Sequence record: SRR22947725_2615
Reading direction: 5' to 3' (one strand)
DNA length: 34,224 bases
Both the position numbers and the translations under genes were made by a program. Below are positions 17,449 to 28,157 of the stretch, in pieces (positions within the stretch are counted from its first letter, which is position 1; the number at the start of each line of letters is the position of its first letter). The notes under the pieces were generated by a model. That model was not told the DNA's origin. It worked only from the letters and a program-made list of their open reading frames with translations, and made no database searches.

Positions 17449-18421
17449 TATAATTCCATGATTTGGATTTAATTTTAATATTCTCTTTTGCCATTATATA
17501 CATAACTGCAACACCGTGATCATTTGCAAGAATTATCCCCTTTTCTGGACCAAGAACATTCAAAGCTGTAGCCCAAGCATCTGCATTCATTGACGATTCT
17601 TCTGAAGCAACGGTTACTGAATAAGATTGATCTAAAATTGATCGTTCGTTTATGGGTGTAAAACTATGGCTTATGACATCTCCTGCATCATTAATTTTTT
17701 TATTTCTATATTCACCTGAGGTTGCAACAGCCAAAAAATCAGTTCTCATAATCTCCGTAATTGACTGGTTTTGCGTGATTAATGGATTTTGAATTCCAAT
17801 GACCCAAGGAGCGCCATGCTTTGATCCGTTGACTAAAATTTCACCACCTATATCAATTAAAAAATTATTCCTATTAGAGTCGATGAGAAGCTTTGCAATT
17901 GAATCAACAGCATAGCCTTTTGCTATGGAGGATAAATCAAATTGAAAATTGTCTTTTTTAATAATGGATCTATTTGAGATTAAATCAAATCTTTCCAAGG
18001 AAACTGGAATAGTATTTTGACTCATTGTGGTTGCAGGCCCAAAACCTTCCTGAATAACTAGAGAGCCAATGGTGATATCATAAAAACCATCAGCAATCTT
18101 ATGAAGTTTTTCTGCATAACTTAAAAGAGAATACATATCGGATGAGATAGTTATTTCTTTATCAATTGGAGCTGCATTAATTCTGGATAACTCAGAAGAC
18201 TCTTTATAGTTTGAGGCTATCAAATCAATTCTAGCTAACTCAAACTCGATAGATTGTTTTAAAGAATCAGGAATATATTCCGTTGAAACTAATTGCCAGT
18301 AGGTGCCATATATAGGTCCAGAGATTTGATATGTAGCTGATTTGTTATAGTTATAAGCAAAAAAAATACAAATCAACCCTACCGAAAGAGCGATTAATTT
18401 AGAGAGAGTTAAACGATTCAA
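17441..18421 (-). CDS. apbE: FAD:protein FMN transferase ApbE
   Basis: SELSRIN, YDITIG, DLSSIAKGYAVD, DIGGE, ATSGEYR, ADAWATAL; follows nqrF. Confidence 0.94.
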   Translation of the reverse strand: MNRLTLSKLIALSVGLICIFFAYNYNKSATYQISGPIYGTYWQLVSTEYIPDSLKQSIEFELARIDLIASNYKESSELSRINAAPIDKEITISSDMYSLLSYAEKLHKIADGFYDITIGSLVIQEGFGPATTMSQNTIPVSLERFDLISNRSIIKKDNFQFDLSSIAKGYAVDSIAKLLIDSNRNNFLIDIGGEILVNGSKHGAPWVIGIQNPLITQNQSITEIMRTDFLAVATSGEYRNKKINDAGDVISHSFTPINERSILDQSYSVTVASEESSMNADAWATALNVLGPEKGIILANDHGVAVMYIMAKENIKIKSKSWNYSD

Positions 18422-18429
18422 TGAGCTAT

Positions 18430-19662
18430 TTAGCCACCAAAATCATCAAGCATGATATTTTCAGGTTCAACACCTAGGTTAATAAGCATATCTATACATG
18501 CTTTATTCATCATTGGTGGCCCACACATATAGAATTCACAATCCTCAGGAGCTTTATGAGATTTAAGATAACGTTCAAAAAGCACTTGATGTATAAAGCC
18601 TGTCAATCCATCCCAGTTATCTTCTGGTTGGGGATCTGATAATGCAACATGCCAATCAAAGTTCTCATTTGTTTCAGCTAATTGATTAAAATCTTCTACG
18701 TAGAACATCTCTTTCAAGCTTCTAGCTCCATACCAAAAAGAAATTTTTCTATCACTATTGATTCGTAAAAGTTGATCAAAAATATGAGCTCTCATTGGGG
18801 CCATGCCTGCACCACCTCCTACAAATACCATTTCAGCAGATGATTGTTTTGCAAAGAATTCTCCAAAAGGACCAAAGACTCTTACTTTATCACCTGGCTT
18901 AAGATTAAATGTCCAAGAAGACATAACGCCTGGCGGTATATCAGATGAGCCTGGCGGTGGACTTGCAACCCTAATATTAAATTTTAGTACTCCCTTTTCC
19001 TCTGGGTAATTTGCCATAGAATAGGCACGAATAATAGGCTCAGAATTATTAGCTACGTTATCCCAGATTTTAAATTTATCCCAATCTTCTTTGTACTCAT
19101 CAGCCACATCAAATGATTTATAATCAAGGTCTGAATATGCAGGCGCTTCAAGTTGAACATAGCCACCTGCCTTGAAGTTAACTTCCTCTCCTTCTGGCAA
19201 TCTGAGAACAAGTTCTTTGATGAAAGTAGCCACATTATCGTTAGAAATTACTTCACACTCCCACTCTTTAACACCAAAGACTTCTTCGGGAATTGTGATT
19301 TTTAAATCATTTTTAACTGCTACTTGGCAGGAAAGCCTCCACCCATCTTTTTTTTCTTTTGAGTTAAAATGAGATTCTTCTGTGGGCAAAATAGAACCGC
19401 CTCCTTCAGTTATTTGGCATTTGCACTGACTGCAGGTACCACCACCTCCACAAGCAGAGGATAAAAATATTTTCTTTTCTGCAAGCGTCTGTAGTAATTT
19501 ATTGCCTGATGGAACTACGATTGGGTTTGAGGAGTCGCCATTAATTTCAATTGTTACATCACCTGAACTAACTAACTGACTCCTTGCAGCAATAATAATA
19601 GTTACTAACAGTAAGACAACGCCAGTAAATGAGAGAACACCTAAAAATAAATCAATCTGCAT
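18430..19662 (-). CDS. nqrF: Na+-translocating NADH:quinone reductase subunit F
   Basis: 2Fe-2S motif [10 protein letters not shown]...[37 protein letters not shown]. Confidence 0.97.
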   Translation of the reverse strand: MQIDLFLGVLSFTGVVLLLVTIIIAARSQLVSSGDVTIEINGDSSNPIVVPSGNKLLQTLAEKKIFLSSACGGGGTCSQCKCQITEGGGSILPTEESHFNSKEKKDGWRLSCQVAVKNDLKITIPEEVFGVKEWECEVISNDNVATFIKELVLRLPEGEEVNFKAGGYVQLEAPAYSDLDYKSFDVADEYKEDWDKFKIWDNVANNSEPIIRAYSMANYPEEKGVLKFNIRVASPPPGSSDIPPGVMSSWTFNLKPGDKVRVFGPFGEFFAKQSSAEMVFVGGGAGMAPMRAHIFDQLLRINSDRKISFWYGARSLKEMFYVEDFNQLAETNENFDWHVALSDPQPEDNWDGLTGFIHQVLFERYLKSHKAPEDCEFYMCGPPMMNKACIDMLINLGVEPENIMLDDFGG

Positions 19663-19671
19663 AAGTAATAC

Positions 19672-20283
19672 CTATAGTGAAATTCCCCCGAATGACATAA
19701 ACCCAAAACTCATTAAACCTACTATTAAAAAAGTAACGCCAAGTCCTTGGAGGCCTTCAGGGATATCAGAATATTTTAATTTTTCTCTGATTCCTGCCAA
19801 GACAACAATCGCCATTGCCCATCCAACACCTGCGCCAAGACCATAAACAACACTTTCGCCGAATTTCAAATCTTTCTCAATCATAAAGAGTGAGGCTCCT
19901 AATATGGCGCAATTAACTGTAATTAAGGGTAGGAATACTCCCAAAGCATTATAGAGAGCCGGAACGAATCTATCTAAAAACATTTCAAGAATCTGAACTG
20001 CTGCTGCAATAACTCCGATGTAACTAATTAATCCTACAAATTGAAGATTGGCTTGAGGCAAACCAGCCCATGCTAGTGCACCTTCTTTAAGAATAGTGTT
20101 ATAGATAAGATTATTTAACGGAACAGTTATTAAACAAACCACAATAACGGCTATACCAAGACCAAAAGCTGCATCAATTTTTTTTGAAATAGCTATAAAA
20201 GTACACATGCCCAAGAAGACTGATAGAGCAATATTCTCTATAAAAACAGTGGTTATAAAGATACTAAGGTAATGCTCAAACAT
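19672..20283 (-). CDS. nqrE: Na+-NQR subunit E
   Basis: [37 protein letters not shown]. Confidence 0.96.
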   Translation of the reverse strand: MFEHYLSIFITTVFIENIALSVFLGMCTFIAISKKIDAAFGLGIAVIVVCLITVPLNNLIYNTILKEGALAWAGLPQANLQFVGLISYIGVIAAAVQILEMFLDRFVPALYNALGVFLPLITVNCAILGASLFMIEKDLKFGESVVYGLGAGVGWAMAIVVLAGIREKLKYSDIPEGLQGLGVTFLIVGLMSFGFMSFGGISL

Positions 20284-20962
20284 TTAACTCTCTCTTAGAT
20301 AAATCCGGTGCTGTTGCATGCCCTGATAATTTATACTCATTTGGTTCTACTTGATCTGTTTTATAGGCTCTAATACCCCAAATCATCAGTCCGATTAAAA
20401 TAAATGAGCTGGGAGGAAGTAACAAAAGATTGTTAGCTGGGTACCAGCCTCCATTGGAGACCAAAGGCAAAATCTCATAGCCCATCAAAGTGCCTGCCCC
20501 AAATAATTCTCTTACAACAGCTACTGCAATCAGTATAATGCTATATCCAAGACCATTACCTAAACCATCTAAAAAACTAATAAATGGCTTCTCTTTCATA
20601 GCAAAGGCTTCCGCTCTGCCCATGACAATACAATTTGTAATGATCAATCCTACAAAAACTGATAATTTTTTGCTTGTTTCGTAGTCATAAGCTTTTAGCA
20701 GCTCATCAACCACAATAACAAGAGATGCAATGATGGTCATTTGTACGATGATTCGAACGCTGCTTGGAATATAATTTCTAATAATTGAAATAAATAAATT
20801 AGAAAATGAGACCACGCTAGTCAGGGCAACGCACATAACCAAAGTCACAGAAAGATTGCTCGTTACAGCTAATGCTGAGCAGATTCCAAGAATTTGAAGG
20901 GTAATAGGGTTTTCTTCAAGCAATGGCTTGGCAAGAACTTCTTTGTATTGCTTAACTGTCAT
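20276..20962 (-). CDS. nqrD: Na+-NQR subunit D
   Basis: [35 protein letters not shown]. Confidence 0.96.
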   Translation of the reverse strand: MTVKQYKEVLAKPLLEENPITLQILGICSALAVTSNLSVTLVMCVALTSVVSFSNLFISIIRNYIPSSVRIIVQMTIIASLVIVVDELLKAYDYETSKKLSVFVGLIITNCIVMGRAEAFAMKEKPFISFLDGLGNGLGYSIILIAVAVVRELFGAGTLMGYEILPLVSNGGWYPANNLLLLPPSSFILIGLMIWGIRAYKTDQVEPNEYKLSGHATAPDLSKRELNV

Positions 20963-21725
20963 AATTAATCTTATTTAATGTTTCTTTGTAGCCACTTTCA
21001 CCAAACCAATAAATTAACATGTTTGTAACGCCTCTGCTGGTTAGGGTCGCTCCTGAAAGGCCATCAACTTGATATGAAGCCATTTGATTTGATGGATCAA
21101 CTTTTCCTTTTATGACTTCAATCTCAACCTCACCATCTTTATAAATAGATTTACCATCCCATAGAGACTTCCATTTGGGATTATCTACTTCTGCGCCTAA
21201 CCCAGGGGTTTCTTTATGGGCATAAAATTCAAGGCCCTTGATAGTATTCAAGTCTTTATCAATTGCAATATAGCCAAACAATGTGCCCCAAAGTCCATAA
21301 CCTCTGATCGGTAATATAATTTTTTCAAGTTGGTTTGATGAATCTTTTAGTAAATATATTTTTCCAATATTTTCTTTATTTTTTACAATCGCAATGTCTT
21401 CTGAAGGAGGAATGGGAGTTGAATGATCGGGCTGTTTTGAAAAATATACAGGATCGTAAGTATCTAAATCATATTCACCATAACTATCCAAAAGTTCGCC
21501 TGAACTAAAATCTACAAATTTAGGAGTAAGATTAGAAAATTGAGCTTCAATTGATTCATCGGGATCATAAATTGCAGCAGTTTTGAGTATTTTGATTCTT
21601 TGATCATTGAGTTTGTTAAGATTTTGCATGTCTCTTAAACTCACCGCTGCATAAGAAACAACTAATGAGCAAAACAAACAAACTAAAAATGAAACTGTAA
21701 GTGTTTTTAAAACTGAATCATTCAT
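20952..21725 (-). CDS. nqrC: Na+-NQR subunit C
   Basis: N-terminal [20 protein letters not shown] attachment motif [11 protein letters not shown]; likely start MNDSV at 21725. Confidence 0.95.
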   Translation of the reverse strand: MNDSVLKTLTVSFLVCLFCSLVVSYAAVSLRDMQNLNKLNDQRIKILKTAAIYDPDESIEAQFSNLTPKFVDFSSGELLDSYGEYDLDTYDPVYFSKQPDHSTPIPPSEDIAIVKNKENIGKIYLLKDSSNQLEKIILPIRGYGLWGTLFGYIAIDKDLNTIKGLEFYAHKETPGLGAEVDNPKWKSLWDGKSIYKDGEVEIEVIKGKVDPSNQMASYQVDGLSGATLTSRGVTNMLIYWFGESGYKETLNKINYDS

Positions 21726-22953
21726 ACGAAAGAGCCCTCTTGCGCTTTGCAATATTGTTAGACACGACCATATGATCAATTACGGGCGCAAATAAATTAG
21801 CAAATAAAATTGCCAGCATCATGCCTTCTGGAAATGCAGGATTGATTACACGAATGAGGACCACTGTAACACCAATCAAAGCACCATAAATCCATCTGCC
21901 AGCATCAGTTCCAGATCCCGATACTGGTTCAGTCGCCATGAAGACTAGGCCAAATGCAAAACTACCTATCACAAAATGCCAATACCATGGAACTTGAAAC
22001 ATTGGATTGGTGTCTGACCCAACAATATTTAAAATTGATGACATCACGATCATCCCTATAAATGTACCTAAGATAATTCTATAAGAAGCAACTCCTGTTG
22101 CGAGAAGTATGAATGCTGCAATACCTATAGCAATAATAGAAGTTTCGCCAACAGATCCTGGAATGTTGCCTATGAATGCATCAAACCATGAAAAATTATC
22201 ACTCAAGCCCTGCAAACCACCTTCAGCAGCATAACCCAAGGGAGTAGCTCCGCTGAATCCTTCTGGGGTCACTCCAGTATCAGAAAGACCAGCAATCCAA
22301 ACCTTATCGCCTGATAGTTGCGAGGGATATGCGAAATATAAAAATGCTCGGCCGGTTAATGCAGGATTTAAGAAGTTCTTACCAGTGCCACCAAAAACTT
22401 CTTTGCCAATAACAATTCCAAATGTAATACCCATAGCAGCTTGCCAAAGAGGCAAATCAGGCGGACAACTTAAAGCAAATAAGATGGAGGATACAAATAA
22501 ACCTTCATTTATTTCATGTTTACGAACTACGGCAAAAAGAATCTCCCAAAGGATTCCAACTGCAAATGTAACTGCGTAAATAGGAACAAAATAAACAGCA
22601 CCAACCCACATTTTTGTTAAGAAACTATCATTAGAGTAACCAACAAAATTAATTAAAACATGGTGCCAGTCATTTGTGTTTTCAGATCCAACAAGTGCTA
22701 AATAATCTAAAGTTTGATTGCCGATGTTATACATTCCAAAGAACATTGCAGGGAATGCAGCCAGCCATACAATCACCATGATCCTTTGAATGTCTATCGA
22801 ATCTCTTACATGGATAGGATTTGTTGTTTTATGAGTAGATGAAAAAATGAAATTTTCTATAGCATCATAAATTGGGAACCATTTAGCCTGAGCGCCTCCA
22901 GGCATAAATTTAGGCTTGATGCTTTCATTGACAGATCTAAGCCATTCTTTCAT
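21718..22953 (-). CDS. nqrB: Na+-NQR subunit B
   Basis: [26 protein letters not shown] motif [30 protein letters not shown]. Confidence 0.97.
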   Translation of the reverse strand: MKEWLRSVNESIKPKFMPGGAQAKWFPIYDAIENFIFSSTHKTTNPIHVRDSIDIQRIMVIVWLAAFPAMFFGMYNIGNQTLDYLALVGSENTNDWHHVLINFVGYSNDSFLTKMWVGAVYFVPIYAVTFAVGILWEILFAVVRKHEINEGLFVSSILFALSCPPDLPLWQAAMGITFGIVIGKEVFGGTGKNFLNPALTGRAFLYFAYPSQLSGDKVWIAGLSDTGVTPEGFSGATPLGYAAEGGLQGLSDNFSWFDAFIGNIPGSVGETSIIAIGIAAFILLATGVASYRIILGTFIGMIVMSSILNIVGSDTNPMFQVPWYWHFVIGSFAFGLVFMATEPVSGSGTDAGRWIYGALIGVTVVLIRVINPAFPEGMMLAILFANLFAPVIDHMVVSNNIAKRKRALSYE

Positions 22954-24269
22954 TTGAATTCCTCGTACATTTTTTCTAAATTAGTATCCAGGATTGATTG
23001 GTAGTCATATTTACTTGGGCACACGTAACTCGCTAAAGCTAAGTCCTCAGGAGCTAGTTCTAGAACACCTAATTTTTCACCTAACTCAATATCTAATGTC
23101 ACTAAACTTTTTAAAAGCTGAGTAGTAAGAATATTTAGAGGCATTATTTCTTGGTAAGAAGACACTGGCACAATAGCTCTATTCCCTCCATTCATTGAAA
23201 CATTAAATTTAAAATTCTTAGGTTTAATCCAGCTAGAAATAAAAGCTGGTAACTTAGAGTGAAGTTTCGCTCCAGGCATAGCCCAGTTAAACAAAATATC
23301 ATTCGATTCATCTGGAAGAACAGAGATTTGATTGTCAAACGAACCTAAATAATTCATTACGTTTTCGCCAGTATGTCCGTTTAAAACAGAGCCTGATATT
23401 ACCCTAGAGTTATCTAAAATTTTTCCTGCTGTAACTTCTGAAAGGTTTGATCCATATTTAACTTTTAATATTTTTGGATCATGAACGTTTGGTCCTCCAA
23501 TCGCAACATGTTTATCAGAACGTAAATGCTTATTTCCAAGAAGATATCCCAACGAAATAACTTCTTGCCATGAAATAGTCCAAACAGTCCTGTTTTGGCC
23601 AACCGGGTAGAGAAAATGTATGTGTGTTCCAACCAAACCTGCTGGATGAGGACCAACAAATTGATTGTAACTAACTCCTTCTACCGATTGATCAAAATTA
23701 TTATTTTGATACGAGCAATATGTTTTTGAATCGTCAAAAAGGGAATGAATAAAATTCAAACCATTATTAAAAAGTTCTTGATCTAGCTTAACTAGCTCAT
23801 GAGGATCGACAGAAAGCGGATTTGTGTCACATGCATTAATAAAAATTGCAGAGGGTAATTCATTCGGCTCAGGAATTCTGTTATATGGCCGCGTACGGAA
23901 ATATGCTAATGCTCCAGTATCAGTTAAAAATTCAACTGGGCTAGAGTAATCACCAAGGTTAAATTGTATTGGGTCAGCCGAATTATCAGCTTCAATGATG
24001 AGTGAGATAAATCTTCTTTTCTCTCCTCTATTAATAGATTTAACAACTCCAGAGGATGGGGTTGTAATATAAGTGCCTGGATTTTTTTTATTTTCAAATA
24101 ATTTTTGGCCCGCAAGGACGGTATCACCCTCTTCAACCATCATGGTTGGTTTAAGCCCTACAAAGTCAGCGCCTAATATTGCTATGGTATTAATAGCAGT
24201 GGAGGAATCAACATCCAAAGATGGAATTCCGGAAATAGGTAAATCAAGGCCTTTCTTGGTTTTAATCAC
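22950..24269 (-). CDS. nqrA: Na+-NQR subunit A
   Basis: GTG start; [57 protein letters not shown]. Confidence 0.96.
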   Translation of the reverse strand: MIKTKKGLDLPISGIPSLDVDSSTAINTIAILGADFVGLKPTMMVEEGDTVLAGQKLFENKKNPGTYITTPSSGVVKSINRGEKRRFISLIIEADNSADPIQFNLGDYSSPVEFLTDTGALAYFRTRPYNRIPEPNELPSAIFINACDTNPLSVDPHELVKLDQELFNNGLNFIHSLFDDSKTYCSYQNNNFDQSVEGVSYNQFVGPHPAGLVGTHIHFLYPVGQNRTVWTISWQEVISLGYLLGNKHLRSDKHVAIGGPNVHDPKILKVKYGSNLSEVTAGKILDNSRVISGSVLNGHTGENVMNYLGSFDNQISVLPDESNDILFNWAMPGAKLHSKLPAFISSWIKPKNFKFNVSMNGGNRAIVPVSSYQEIMPLNILTTQLLKSLVTLDIELGEKLGVLELAPEDLALASYVCPSKYDYQSILDTNLEKMYEEFK

Positions 24270-24295
24270 AACACCCTTCAGTAAAAGATGGGTGA

Positions 24296-24324
24296 ATTAT
24301 AAATGGAAATATCAGCTGTTTCTA
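24296..24324 (-). promoter_or_regulatory. Putative sigma70 promoter of the nqr operon
   Basis: Minus strand TAGAAA (24324-24319), 17 nt, TATAAT (24301-24296); GAAGGG RBS-like sequence before the nqrA GTG. Confidence 0.45.
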
Positions 24325-25818
24325 TACTGAATCTTCAATTGCTTTGGGAAATCTTTGCAAGTCTATTGAGGCAACTTTTTTTGTAAGATTGAGGACTTGT
24401 TTAGTGTAACCATATTCATTGTCATACCAACAATATAAAGTGATTTGCTTGCCTTCAGCTATGGTAGCTTGAGAATCGATGATTGTTGCATAGGGGCTTG
24501 AATAAAAATCAGTAGATACAGCTTCTGGTGAATTGGTGTATCCAATTATTTCTCTGTACTTACTTGCAAAAGCTGATTTTTTTAAGAATTCATTCAACTC
24601 ATCTCTCTCAACTGCATTATCTAAATTCAAAACCAATACAGCTAAACTCACATTTGGCGTTGGAACTCTGATGGCATTACCAGTTAACTTACCTTTGAGC
24701 TCTGGAATAGCTTTGGAGACGGCCTTCACAGCGCCTGTGGTTGTAATAACCATATTCAATGGAGCACTTCTTCCTCTTCTGTCGCCTTTGTGGAAATTAT
24801 CAATTAAATTTTGGTCATTGGTATAAGAATGGACGGTTTCGATGTGGCCATTAGAGATGCCATAGTTATCACTGATAAGTTTAAGCACAGGCACGATGGC
24901 GTTAGTGGTGCATGAGGCAGCTGATATGATCTTGTCTGATTCTTGCAAAGCTGAATCATTTACACCAAAGACTATGTTTCTAACATCTCCTTTTGCAGGA
25001 GCAGTTAATATGACTTTAGATGCACCGCAAGTTAAATGCTGAGATAGAGATTCTTCATCGCGCCATATACCAGTATTATCGATAACTATTGGGTCGCTAA
25101 TATCTAGATCAAAATAATTAACATCTGAGGGCGAATTTGCGTAGATGAATTTTACTGGGTTACCATTGATAACTAAAAGTTCATTTTCAAGATCAACTCT
25201 GATCGTGCCATCAAATCTTCCGTGGACAGAATCTCTTCTTAATAAACTCGCACGTTTGACTAAATCATTTTCTCCAGATTTTCTTACAACCACACCTTTA
25301 AGGCGAAAATAATTACCAGGACCGGTAGTTTGAGCCAGCATCCTTGCCATTAGCCTACCGATTCTGCCAAACCCATAAAGGACTATATCCTTTGGTTTAT
25401 CTGGTCTGTTGAAGGGAATTTCAAAAGCGCTAATTTGCTCATTTAAAAATTTATCTATGGAATCAGGATTGTTTGGGAGATCTTTGAAAAAAGAACACCT
25501 CATTGCAAGCTCACCAATATCAATCTCACAATCGGGTAAATTCATTTGGCTGAGTCTCTCTAACAATGGATAAGTTTCAAGCTCACTTAATTCGTTCTCC
25601 TCGACTTGTCTAACGAATCTATGGGCATGCATGATATCTATAGGGGATTTATTAACGAGTGACTGACCGTAAATCATGATATGAACACCATGTCTATATA
25701 GTCTGCCCACAATAGGAACCATGAGTTCCGCCAAGCCTTCTCTCCACTTCCAATCACCAAAGTAGTCATCAATTTTTTCACGAGTCCGTAAATCAGGATT
25801 TTTTGTGAGATCAGCCAT
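24322..25818 (-). CDS. gap: Glyceraldehyde-3-phosphate dehydrogenase, N-terminally extended type
   Basis: 498 aa; about 140-aa extension before VLYGFGRIGR; catalytic ASCTTNA, RVPTPNVS, WYDNEYGY. Confidence 0.93.
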   Translation of the reverse strand: MADLTKNPDLRTREKIDDYFGDWKWREGLAELMVPIVGRLYRHGVHIMIYGQSLVNKSPIDIMHAHRFVRQVEENELSELETYPLLERLSQMNLPDCEIDIGELAMRCSFFKDLPNNPDSIDKFLNEQISAFEIPFNRPDKPKDIVLYGFGRIGRLMARMLAQTTGPGNYFRLKGVVVRKSGENDLVKRASLLRRDSVHGRFDGTIRVDLENELLVINGNPVKFIYANSPSDVNYFDLDISDPIVIDNTGIWRDEESLSQHLTCGASKVILTAPAKGDVRNIVFGVNDSALQESDKIISAASCTTNAIVPVLKLISDNYGISNGHIETVHSYTNDQNLIDNFHKGDRRGRSAPLNMVITTTGAVKAVSKAIPELKGKLTGNAIRVPTPNVSLAVLVLNLDNAVERDELNEFLKKSAFASKYREIIGYTNSPEAVSTDFYSSPYATIIDSQATIAEGKQITLYCWYDNEYGYTKQVLNLTKKVASIDLQRFPKAIEDSV

Positions 25819-25821
25819 CAG

Positions 25822-26928
25822 TTATTTAGCTTGATATTTATTAATGTGGTACTGGGTATTGCCAAACATTGAGTCAATGGCCGTAAATCTTTTCAAATAA
25901 TGGCCAATAGACATTTCATCACTGACTCCCATCCCGCCATGAAGTTGGACTGCATGCTGCCCCACTAATCGCCCTGCTTTACCCACTTGAACTTTAAGAG
26001 CAGAAATAGTGCTTCCAGCCTCAGAGTCATTCGAATCGAGTTGAAGAGTTGCTTTAATCATTAAAGATTTTGTAAGTTCAGTTTCAATAAACATATCAAC
26101 CATTCGATGTTGTAAAACCTGAAAATTACTTATGGGTTGTGCAAATTGTTCACGTTCTTTGGTGTACTGAACAGTTTTCATGTATGAAGAAGTCATTGCT
26201 CCAACAGCTTCAGCGCTTATACAAAGTATAGATAGGTTTAACATTTTATTGAATAATGCTTCCGCTTCATCTCCCAAAGCTAAGATTGATTCAGCTTCAA
26301 GTGAAACATTTTCAAAGGTTAGTTCGCCACAAGTCTGTCCATCCAGTGTTTTAAAACTTTGTACAGATATGCCTTTATCTTCAGCATTTATTAATACTAA
26401 AGCAGGTGCATTTTCATGAGTTGCAAGGACTATAAATTGGTTAGCATTACCCGCATTCAAAACTAAAGATTTTGATCCATTTAAGGTAAATAATTCTCCA
26501 TCTTTATAGACTGAAGTTACACAATCTAAAAAGTTGTATCCAATTCCAGCCTCAGCATAAGCAACAGAAATATGGTGTTGGCCTGAGATAATTTTTTCAA
26601 TAATTGAAACTTTTTCTGGATGATTTGACCCCTCTAAGACAGTACCACTCATAACTACAGAACTTAAGTAAGGTTCAACAACAAGAGCTTTACCAAACTC
26701 TTCGAATAAGACAGTTAACTCAACAGGACCAAAGTTAAATCCACCATTCTCTTCCTTAAATGGAACTGCTAACCAACCGAGATCAGCAAACTGTTTCCAG
26801 TTATCCTCACTATATCCAGAATCAGATGCTAAAATTTTTTCTCTATCAATAAAATCATAGTTAGTTTCACAAAATTTAAGGACCTGCTCTCTAAGCATGT
26901 TTTGCTCATCGGAATAATTCAAATTCAT
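25822..26928 (-). CDS. Acyl-CoA dehydrogenase, PimD-like (small) subunit
   Basis: WKQFADLGW, EEFGKALVVEPY, EREQFAQPISNFQVLQHR, VQLHGGMG; lacks the typical C-terminal (E/G)GT.E.Q motif. Confidence 0.85.
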   Translation of the reverse strand: MNLNYSDEQNMLREQVLKFCETNYDFIDREKILASDSGYSEDNWKQFADLGWLAVPFKEENGGFNFGPVELTVLFEEFGKALVVEPYLSSVVMSGTVLEGSNHPEKVSIIEKIISGQHHISVAYAEAGIGYNFLDCVTSVYKDGELFTLNGSKSLVLNAGNANQFIVLATHENAPALVLINAEDKGISVQSFKTLDGQTCGELTFENVSLEAESILALGDEAEALFNKMLNLSILCISAEAVGAMTSSYMKTVQYTKEREQFAQPISNFQVLQHRMVDMFIETELTKSLMIKATLQLDSNDSEAGSTISALKVQVGKAGRLVGQHAVQLHGGMGVSDEMSIGHYLKRFTAIDSMFGNTQYHINKYQAK

Positions 26929-26930
26929 GA

Positions 26931-28103
26931 TTAGACTCCCAGAATAGCTTTCGCAATTATATTTTTTTGTATCTCATTGCTGCCACCATAGATAGAAGTT
27001 TTTCTATAATTTAGATACTGAGCAACAGATGGGCTTGCATAATCTGGGCCTGCAGGAGTTCTATTTGACTCAAATCCTTCAGGGCCTTCATATGGAAGAA
27101 TGTACTGCCCAGCTGCTTCAACAAAAAGTTCAGTCATTCTTTGTTGAATTTCTGTACCTCTAATCTTTAAGATTGAAGATTCCGCTCCTGGGTGGCCGCC
27201 CTCAGCGATGGCTGCCAAAGTCCTTAACTCTGTAAACTCTAAAGCAGCAAGATCAATCTCTAATTCAGCAATTTTTCTGGATAGGTCAGCATCATCATGA
27301 TTAATAGTAATATTTTTTAATTTATCTAATTGAACTTTAACAACCGGAACTCCAGCAATACCAAATCTTTCGTGAGCAAGCAGGAATTTAGCATAAGTCC
27401 AGCCCTTGCCTTCTTCACCTATTAATTGATCGGCGGGAACCTTCACGTCAGTGAAGAAAACTGAGTTAACCTCATGATCTCCATCGATCGTAATAATAGG
27501 TTTAACTTCTATTCCTGGAGTATTCATATCAATTAAAAGAAAGGAGATGCCTTCTTGTTTTTTTTGAGTAGTTTCTGTTCTAACCAAACAAAAAATCCAG
27601 TCTGCATGTTGAGCAAGAGTTGTCCAAGTTTTAGATCCATTAACGATATAATGATCTCCGTCTAAAACAGCCTTGGTTTTTAACGAGGCCAAATCGGAGC
27701 CTGAACCTGGTTCTGAATAACCTTGGCACCACCATGTATTGAACTCAAGAATATCGGGTAAAAATCTGTCTTTCTGCTCTTGGTTGCCGAATGTGTAAAT
27801 AACGGGGCCAACCATGCTTAGTCCAAAAGGCAATATTGTTGGACATTGAGCCAAAGCAAGCTCATTTAAAAATAAATAAATTTGAACCGGAGACCAACCG
27901 GTTCCACCATATTCAACAGGCCAGTTATAACCCATCCAACCCTTACTATGAATAAATTTATGAAAATCAATCTGATCTTGTTTTGAAAGCGCTATGCCCT
28001 TTTCGCGTTTTTCCCTCACATGTGAAGGGTATTCTGATCCATTTAAACCAGCTCTAATCTCTTCTTGAAATTGAAGATCCTGTTCTGAAAAACTTATATC
28101 CAT
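26931..28103 (-). CDS. Acyl-CoA dehydrogenase, PimC-like (large) subunit
   Basis: WPVEYGG, WCQGYSEPGSGSDLASL, NGSKTWTT, LAHER, SIYGGSNEIQKNII; likely start MDISF at 28103 (AGGAA upstream). Confidence 0.88.
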   Translation of the reverse strand: MDISFSEQDLQFQEEIRAGLNGSEYPSHVREKREKGIALSKQDQIDFHKFIHSKGWMGYNWPVEYGGTGWSPVQIYLFLNELALAQCPTILPFGLSMVGPVIYTFGNQEQKDRFLPDILEFNTWWCQGYSEPGSGSDLASLKTKAVLDGDHYIVNGSKTWTTLAQHADWIFCLVRTETTQKKQEGISFLLIDMNTPGIEVKPIITIDGDHEVNSVFFTDVKVPADQLIGEEGKGWTYAKFLLAHERFGIAGVPVVKVQLDKLKNITINHDDADLSRKIAELEIDLAALEFTELRTLAAIAEGGHPGAESSILKIRGTEIQQRMTELFVEAAGQYILPYEGPEGFESNRTPAGPDYASPSVAQYLNYRKTSIYGGSNEIQKNIIAKAILGV

Positions 28104-28157
28104 GTTAGTGTTCCTGTTTTTAAGATTTTTAATTAGGCGCAAATTATACTTCACGAT

